DNA of 21,714 nt from an uncultured archaeon. GTDB lineage: Archaea; Asgardarchaeota; Jordiarchaeia; Jordiarchaeales; Jordiarchaeaceae. The position numbers and the translations under genes are program-made. Shown here piece after piece: positions 16,339 through 21,714 of this stretch. The first letter of the stretch is position 1. Each line of letters starts with the position of its first letter. Location: contig CAZECW010000029.1 in the NCBI GenBank assembly GCA_964510585.1, positions 1-21,714 of the forward strand, given 5' to 3'. Under the pieces are notes generated by a model that saw only the letters and a list, made by a program, of their open reading frames with translations, did not search any database and was not told where the DNA came from.

Positions 16339-16450
16339 TTTTTCCAGTTTTTGCGGAATCTGTAAGTCGATGCCATGAATCCAAGCCTTCGCCGAACAAC
16401 TTTGGGATCTCATGGATCCCCGCATGGGGAATTTGCAGAAAATGGAAAAA
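16339..16450. repeat. Nested imperfect inverted repeats (candidate structured RNA or small mobile element)
   Basis: TTTTTCCAGTTTTTGCGGA (16339-16357) pairs with TTTGCAGAAAATGGAAAAA (16432-16450). Inside, GATGCCATGAATCC pairs with GGATCTCATGGATC, and TCCCC-GCAT-GGGGA forms an alternative hairpin. Confidence 0.45.
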
Positions 16451-16494
16451 GGAAAAATAGCAAAAAATTCACTAATGGTGCGGAATTTTGGGTT

Positions 16495-17172
16495 TTAGAA
16501 GAGCACTACTATTCGGCCTTTGCAACTGGGATTGGCGAAATCGTCTATGAAGTAGTCGCAACCTCCTTTTAGTTTCTGTCCAATATCAGAACTCATAATT
16601 CGCCCTAAAGCACAGATCTGTCTGCCGTCCATTTTCTTGATTTTTTCTGAAATAAACGCTTCGCAGCAATCTCTAAAAGGGCAATCATCAACAACGTAAT
16701 TAACAGTGCTATCATCCTCTAACTTGTAACTAACTTTGGTGGGCATCAGTCCAAAAAACACCAGTTTATCAACTGATTTCTTCCAGGCTTCTTTAAGGTT
16801 AGTGGCTTCCCCAGTCTTCCCTGATTCCAAATTTTTCGCCACTTCTGTTGTTGAAATCCTCTGCGAACTCCCTGTGGCGCCTTGGAGCATTGATTCCGTC
16901 CTTCCCATACTGTATATGAGGGCATTGTAGATGTGAGGGTACCTGTTAAGGTTTTTTTGCAAATATTCCTTTACCTGTGTCCAATCCCATTCTTGGGCGT
17001 CTTCAACCGGCGATTCTCCGCATTTCTTTGCTGCAAAAAGTATAGTGTTTTTTTTAGCTAAACGTCCATATGCCGGTCCGTATACCTTCTCTTGATTTTG
17101 TAGTATTGCGATGCAGACATCTATAAGTGCATTGGCGTTGACTTGGTCATATTGTGTTTGTATCTTTTCCAA
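16495..17172 (-). CDS. Hypothetical protein with a C-terminal V4R/MetOD1-like Cys-rich domain
   Basis: Helical N-terminus, then YVVDDCPFRDCC...ICALG...GCDY...SCKGRI, a CPF/C/C pattern typical of V4R-like ligand-binding domains. TTG 17172 follows GAGGTG; the ORF track starts at GTG 17181. Confidence 0.7.
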   Translation of the reverse strand: MEKIQTQYDQVNANALIDVCIAILQNQEKVYGPAYGRLAKKNTILFAAKKCGESPVEDAQEWDWTQVKEYLQKNLNRYPHIYNALIYSMGRTESMLQGATGSSQRISTTEVAKNLESGKTGEATNLKEAWKKSVDKLVFFGLMPTKVSYKLEDDSTVNYVVDDCPFRDCCEAFISEKIKKMDGRQICALGRIMSSDIGQKLKGGCDYFIDDFANPSCKGRIVVLF

Positions 17173-17602
17173 TATTTCCACCTCAATTTGAAAAATTTTT
17201 GCTAATGGTATGTTATAATTACGATTTGCTCAAAATAAATCTTTTCAACTTCATCTTTAACGTCGAGATTTGGTAAAAACTTTTTATTTTCCCTATCTTT
17301 CTTGCGAAAATTATAAGAGAAGACCAAAAATTTTGCATTTATCTAAAAGTTTAATAAAGAGAAATAGTAACTATTTACTCAAGTGAGGCTTCGCGATTAG
17401 AACCAACAATATACCCTGTTTATGGATATGCGGTAAAAAGATGCGGTTCCACAGATCAAAGTGAAAATGTTTTCCCTACAATGGGAATTTGCCAAATTCT
17501 GGCATTCATCGCGTCCTTGCGTTCCTTCAAAAATTGATTTATAGAAGTGTTAGGGATGAACTAAATTGGAATTGTATGAATTGACGGGAAAGCGGTTAGA
17601 GT

Positions 17603-18169
17603 ATGGCTGCTCTGACACACCTAGAACCTAGCCCACACGTATGCCTTGGCGGTGACAATTATGTTCCCCCTTTAAAAATTCACTTATGTCCCCCCTACTC
17701 AAAATACGATTTTTATTATAGTTTCAGTGACGGTTTAGATTTATGGCTAAAATCCGCCAGAATAAAGTGCAATGGTGATAATCATAAATTTTTGCTCTAC
17801 CCAGAGGACTTTACAGAGGGAAGAATGGTGGCAGTAATATGGAACTACCTACCTGAAGAGGGATACATTCGGGCAACCATAAATGTCAGAGACGGGCTAC
17901 TCCTACATCAGCAGAGCCATAACAGTCCGAAAGGGCTGGGAACCGTAGCCTTATTGATATGCACTGAGGACACGATACTTGAAGGCCGCCAATATCAGAG
18001 CTTCTCTTGCTCCCAAAAGAAGTCTCCAAAAATAGAAAAGTTCACTATTGCCTTTGGCTATGATGGATTTCCAGACTTGGAACCCATCAGGCTAAAATCA
18101 TTACCCCACCTAGAATATACACACAGAAAGGAACCTAATAGAAAAAGAGTAAAAATTGGGCAATTCTAG
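17603..18169 (+). CDS. Hypothetical protein (188 aa, beta-rich)
   Basis: A long ORF with no competing ORF of 60 aa or more on the opposite strand in the track. Its stop overlaps the convergent gene's stop (CTAG). The start is uncertain. Confidence 0.6.
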   Translation: MAALTHLEPSPHVCLGGDNYVPPLKIHLCPPYSKYDFYYSFSDGLDLWLKSARIKCNGDNHKFLLYPEDFTEGRMVAVIWNYLPEEGYIRATINVRDGLLLHQQSHNSPKGLGTVALLICTEDTILEGRQYQSFSCSQKKSPKIEKFTIAFGYDGFPDLEPIRLKSLPHLEYTHRKEPNRKRVKIGQF

Positions 18170-19245
18170 GTATACTTCTTGGCTAGATCTTTCAAAATTG
18201 CTTCTGCTTCCTGCATTATGCTATCAATGACTTCCTTGCATGTCATAAGTTTGTGTATTCTGAGAGAAACTTGACCCGCCCATATGGCTCCATCCTCAAT
18301 GTTTCCCTCAGGTCCCTTCGCCCTATATGTGCCCTCAGATTCAAAAGCCCAAACATCCTGCATGGTAATCTCTTCATTCTTCAACATCTGAGTCAGCTCA
18401 TACAATCTCAGAGAATATCTGTTCTTCAAGTGTCGTAATGGACCGTAAACGCCCTGAGTAACTATGGTTGTAGCCTCTTTGGGATACTTATTTGAAGAGT
18501 CTATTATGGCCTGTTTGACCTTATCGTTAAACTCACACTCCTTAGTCACAATGAATCTTGTGCCCATATAGATTCCCTGGGCCCCAAATGCTAACATGGC
18601 TACAAGACCCTTTCCGTCGCATACTCCACCTCCACCCACAACTGGTACTTTTACTTGTTGTACGACTTCAGGTACCACTACAAATGTGTGGTATGGCTCG
18701 TAGGCCACATGTCCTCCAGCCTCGTAGCCGGTTACTATGAGCCCATCTACCCCTGATTTTTCCGCCTTCTTAGCGTGATATACGCTAGGTACTGTTTGGA
18801 ACCTGAGCATTCCTGCTTCCTGTATTTTTTTAAGGTGTGGCTGCGTAGGGTCCCCCGCAGAGCAGAGAACCATTTTGAGCTTTTTCTGAAGGTTGGGATC
18901 TTTTTCACGTTCCTCAATTAGGGCGTCTAGCAGCATTGGTACGTCGGGCTGTTCGGGGGCTACTCGGAAGTTTACCCCAAAGCTGCCTTTGGCCTTTCTG
19001 CCCACTTCTCTCACGGCGCCCATCATTCTGTTTTTAACATCGTTGAAGGCTTTAATTCTAGTTTCCTCATCTGCTATTATCGCTAGAATACCGTATTCTG
19101 GTGCTGGGGCAGGATGGCTCACCATTCCAAATCCTCCAGCCGTGGCCACCGCTGCCGCAAGTTCCTTAGTGTCAAATGGTCCCATTGCAGCTTGTATGAT
19201 TGGGTACTCAATTTCCAACATGTCACAAATTTTTGTTCTAATCAT
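18166..19245 (-). CDS. Nitronate monooxygenase / FabK-type enoyl-thioester reductase family FMN protein
   Basis: KICDMLEIEYPIIQAAM, LAAAVATAGGFG, SFGVN, AKKAEKSGVDGLIVTGYEAGGH, PVVGGGGVCDGKG, GAQGIYMGTRFI and WAGQ. Confidence 0.92.
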   Translation of the reverse strand: MIRTKICDMLEIEYPIIQAAMGPFDTKELAAAVATAGGFGMVSHPAPAPEYGILAIIADEETRIKAFNDVKNRMMGAVREVGRKAKGSFGVNFRVAPEQPDVPMLLDALIEEREKDPNLQKKLKMVLCSAGDPTQPHLKKIQEAGMLRFQTVPSVYHAKKAEKSGVDGLIVTGYEAGGHVAYEPYHTFVVVPEVVQQVKVPVVGGGGVCDGKGLVAMLAFGAQGIYMGTRFIVTKECEFNDKVKQAIIDSSNKYPKEATTIVTQGVYGPLRHLKNRYSLRLYELTQMLKNEEITMQDVWAFESEGTYRAKGPEGNIEDGAIWAGQVSLRIHKLMTCKEVIDSIMQEAEAILKDLAKKYT

Positions 19246-19300
19246 ATTAAAACCCCTTTTGAAAACTCAGAAGTGTGATGTCCAAATTTTTCCAACATAT

Positions 19301-19310
19301 ATTAAGTTTT
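19301..19310 (-). promoter_or_regulatory. BRE-TATA-like element AAAACTTAAT for the FabK/NMO-like gene
   Basis: The identical 10-mer occurs in sense orientation upstream of both divergent genes (here and at 19678-19687). Confidence 0.45.
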
Positions 19311-19432
19311 GTTTTAACAAATTTAATTAATTTATTAAATTTTGCGCCAAACCTATTGGGCAAGGATGGGTAAAAACACCTTTTACATCATTTTTTAGGA
19401 CTTATTGGCTTTTACTTTTTAGTGTCTTTTAG

Positions 19433-19580
19433 TAGACCTTAGGCGTAATTGGTACTTCCGGAATTTTTTCCGTTTTCATTCGTCTTTTATCACGTTTTTG
19501 CATTTTTCGGTAGGGTTTCTGAAAGATTTTAAACTTTTTCGCACCATTTCTGAATGAAAAATAATTACACCTAAGGTCTA
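19433..19580. mobile_element. MITE-like element: 148 bp bounded by 18-bp inverted repeats (17/18 identical)
   Basis: Left TAGACCTTAGGCGTAATT (19433-19450); right AATTACACCTAAGGTCTA (19563-19580). The outer TA may be a target-site duplication. The interior is non-coding and T-rich. Confidence 0.5.
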
Positions 19581-19677
19581 GTAAGTTTCTGGTTTGAAGG
19601 AGAAAAGTGGTCTTATTTTGGTTTCATCGTTTGTATGGTGCATCGAAAACACTAAGGTGCCATAGTTTATTGTCGCA

Positions 19678-19687
19678 AAAACTTAAT
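19678..19687 (+). promoter_or_regulatory. BRE-TATA-like element AAAACTTAAT for mtrH
   Basis: Lies 43 nt upstream of ATG 19731, with a GGTGGTGG RBS in between. Confidence 0.45.
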
Positions 19688-19730
19688 TAGTTAGAGAACT
19701 CAATCTATTCTGAGTCTAGGTGGTGGTAGA

Positions 19731-20651
19731 ATGCTTATCTTTGAACGTGAACAGAAGATTTTTACAATAGGGAATGTTAAAATTGGTGGCCAGCCTGGAG
19801 AGCTGCCCACAGTTTTGGTGGGTTCAATATTCTACGATAGGCACAAGATAGTCAGCGACCCAATCAATGGAGTTTTTGACAAAAGTAAGGCGGAGGAGCT
19901 AATAAAAAGGCAGGAAGAAATGTCTGATAAAACCGGGAATCCCCACATGGTTGACATAGTAGCCTCAAGCCAAACTGCAATTGTGAAATACATAGAATTC
20001 GTTGCAGGAATCACAGACGCCCCCTTTTTCATTGACAGCACAGCCACCGACGTAAAAATTTCGGGACTAAAATACTCTGCTGAGACGGGACTACTAGACA
20101 GAGCAGTCTACAATTCTATAACATTCCATGTCTCCGACCAAGAGATAATGGATCTCAAAAACATTGGTGTAAAATCTGCGGTTCTACTCGGCTACAATCC
20201 CCGAAACGTGAAGCCCCAAGGCCGAGTTGAACTCTTAAAAGGAGACCAGAACACAAAGGGCTTAATAAAATACGCTGAGGAAGCGGGGATCCAAAACATG
20301 CTGGTTGATACGGCTGTTCTAGATGTTCCCAGTATTGGCATGGCAGCAGAGGCTGTTAAACTAGTGAAGCAGGAATTCGGATTACCATGTGGTGGAGGAC
20401 CCTTAAACGCAGTTCTCGAATGGAAGAGAGTAACCGAACTTGGGGAGAACGCCAAAAAAGTGTGCGCCGCAACTGCAGTAACAGCCATGATACACGCCGG
20501 AGCAAACTGGGTACTATACGGACCAATATACAATTCGGATGTAGTTTTCCCAGCGGTAGCAATGGTTGATTCCACTATAGCCTACACGAAATCTAGGATG
20601 CGCCAAATAACTATACAAACCAAGAATCACCCGCTCTATAAAATATTCTAA
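19731..20651 (+). CDS. mtrH: Stand-alone tetrahydromethanopterin S-methyltransferase subunit H (MtrH/MtgA-like corrinoid:pterin methyltransferase)
   Basis: FEREQKIFTIGNVKIGGQPGELPTVLVGSIFY, TGNPHMVDI, PFFIDST, YNSI, LVDTAVLDVPSIG, GLPCGGG..N, GANWVLYGPI and AVAMVDS. Confidence 0.93.
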   Translation: MLIFEREQKIFTIGNVKIGGQPGELPTVLVGSIFYDRHKIVSDPINGVFDKSKAEELIKRQEEMSDKTGNPHMVDIVASSQTAIVKYIEFVAGITDAPFFIDSTATDVKISGLKYSAETGLLDRAVYNSITFHVSDQEIMDLKNIGVKSAVLLGYNPRNVKPQGRVELLKGDQNTKGLIKYAEEAGIQNMLVDTAVLDVPSIGMAAEAVKLVKQEFGLPCGGGPLNAVLEWKRVTELGENAKKVCAATAVTAMIHAGANWVLYGPIYNSDVVFPAVAMVDSTIAYTKSRMRQITIQTKNHPLYKIF

Positions 20652-20652
20652 T

Positions 20653-20700
20653 TACCCTTTTTGGGTATCCTAATTCGGACTTTTTAGTTTTCATACTTTA
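20653..20700 (+). terminator. Possible terminator between the convergent mtrH and SDR genes
   Basis: TACCC-TTTTT-GGGTA hairpin immediately after the mtrH stop, followed by T-rich tracts. Confidence 0.35.
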
Positions 20701-20724
20701 GTCTTACTTGATGGCGCGTAATCT

Positions 20725-21615
20725 CTAGATTTCCATCATTTTATATACTGGTATGCTACCAACATTTGTCAGGCTGAGTCCTCCGTCCACGATGATTACT
20801 TGACCCGTTATATAGCTTGCCTCTGGCGAAGCCAGGAATGCTGCGACCGCTGCGATGTCTTCTGGTTTACCAAGCCTTTTAGCAGGTATGTCCTTGTAGA
20901 GTTCCGGGGCAACTGTATCTATCATTTGTATCATTGGCGTGTATATCAATCCAGGCGCTATGGCGTTCACAGTAATTCCTTTATGCGCCACCTCTAATGC
21001 CAACGATTTTGTGAAACCCACTATTGCGGCTTTCGCTGCACTATAACTTGTCACTAGTGCGTCCCCCGTGATTCCCGATACTGAGGAAACATTAATAATT
21101 CTCCCACCTTCCTTCATATTCTTGAGGACAGCCTTTGAGAATAAGAATGTGCCCTCAACGTGTACTTGAAACATGGTGCGCCACTTTTCCAATGTTATGT
21201 CTGAAATTTTACCTAGATCAAATATTCCAGCATCATTAACTAGGATATCAACACTTCCAAGATTCTTTATGGTTTCCTCAATTGCTTTATCTACTTGATT
21301 CTCGTCTCTCACATCACATTGAAGCGCTATAGCCTTACCCCCAAGGTCGTTAATTTCTTTTACCACATTCTTGGCATGTCCAATGTTTACGTCAACTATA
21401 GAAACTTTGGCTCCTTCCAATGCAAAGCGGTGAGCAATACCACGACCAATACCCGAAGCACCACCAGTAATAAGCGCAACCTTACCCAATAATCGTCCCT
21501 TAACACCCATAACCTCCAAAGACTCAGCTGTTTCCTTAACGGTAACCCCACCAACTATTACTTTTTTAATCATATCCCTAAGTGATTCCGTACCTTCCTG
21601 TTTCTCTACACTCAT
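20725..21615 (-). CDS. Short-chain dehydrogenase/reductase (FabG-like, probably NAD-preferring) with a ~40-aa N-terminal extension
   Basis: TGGASGIG, acidic IVDVN, DILVNDAG, NVSS, YSAAK, VNAIAPG and YITGQVIIVDGG. ATG 21615 follows GGAGGG. Confidence 0.93.
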   Translation of the reverse strand: MSVEKQEGTESLRDMIKKVIVGGVTVKETAESLEVMGVKGRLLGKVALITGGASGIGRGIAHRFALEGAKVSIVDVNIGHAKNVVKEINDLGGKAIALQCDVRDENQVDKAIEETIKNLGSVDILVNDAGIFDLGKISDITLEKWRTMFQVHVEGTFLFSKAVLKNMKEGGRIINVSSVSGITGDALVTSYSAAKAAIVGFTKSLALEVAHKGITVNAIAPGLIYTPMIQMIDTVAPELYKDIPAKRLGKPEDIAAVAAFLASPEASYITGQVIIVDGGLSLTNVGSIPVYKMMEI

Positions 21616-21714
21616 TTAAATCCCTCCAAAGAGCTAGGTATAAATAATTAATTTTTAATAAATTAATATGCTAACAAAATTTTTTCAACTATTATATAAG
21701 ATTTATGTCTAGAG

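Noticed and set aside
16375-16572. 65-aa ORF over the structured intergenic element
   Set aside because: It has no RBS, overlaps the convergent gene's 3' end, and its composition reflects the repeat.
17380-17560. Short open frames upstream of the 188-aa orphan, as a possible pseudogene 5' part
   Set aside because: There are several stops in all frames and no recognisable protein similarity, so a pseudogene call is unsupported.
19470-19545. 23-codon minus-strand ORF (MVRKSLKSF...) inside the MITE-like element
   Set aside because: It is too short, has no RBS and shows no transposase-like features.
19731-20651. Evidence for methanogenesis
   Set aside because: MtrH alone, without mtrA-G or mcr, is common in non-methanogens.
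1-21714. CRISPR arrays, tRNA/rRNA genes, integrases/transposases, Sec/Pyl read-through
   Set aside because: I saw no regularly spaced direct repeats, cloverleaf/T-loop signatures or recombinase motifs. All enzyme ORFs appear full length without internal TGA/TAG.

Overview
An archaeal chromosomal segment, judged from GGAGGTG(A)-type RBSs, TATA/BRE-like promoters, frequent TTG starts, and mtrH, AOR and a split OFOR. An Asgard- or Bathyarchaeia-like anaerobe is plausible but not provable here. The window has about 20 CDSs, mostly anaerobic acyl-CoA and organic-acid catabolism: a family I CoA-transferase alpha subunit (runs off the left edge and is missing from the ORF track), a B12-dependent acyl-CoA mutase large subunit, an HD hydrolase, a 2-oxoacid:ferredoxin oxidoreductase alpha-beta-gamma operon, ferredoxin plus an AOR-family enzyme, a 4-hydroxybutyryl-CoA dehydratase-like protein, a PaaK-like CoA ligase, an acyl-CoA dehydrogenase with a C-terminal winged-helix-like extension, a MoaD/SAMP-like ubiquitin-fold protein coupled to a signal-less SsuA/THI5-fold protein, four hypothetical proteins, a FabK/nitronate monooxygenase-family flavoprotein, a stand-alone MtrH and an SDR. 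The main signal is that many of these enzymes keep their cofactor scaffolds but have swapped substrate or catalytic residues: ICM-type F/Q in the mutase, no EYET/DxxGxD/His in the AOR, Tyr and Glu substitutions in the AbfD homolog, and an IVD-type base in the ACAD. This suggests an uncharacterised pathway for branched or unusual acyl substrates. I also found a 148-bp MITE-like inverted-repeat element and a roughly 110-nt structured intergenic element. I saw no rRNA, tRNA, CRISPR array or transposase. All reference comparisons were made by eye from remembered family motifs, not by database search.
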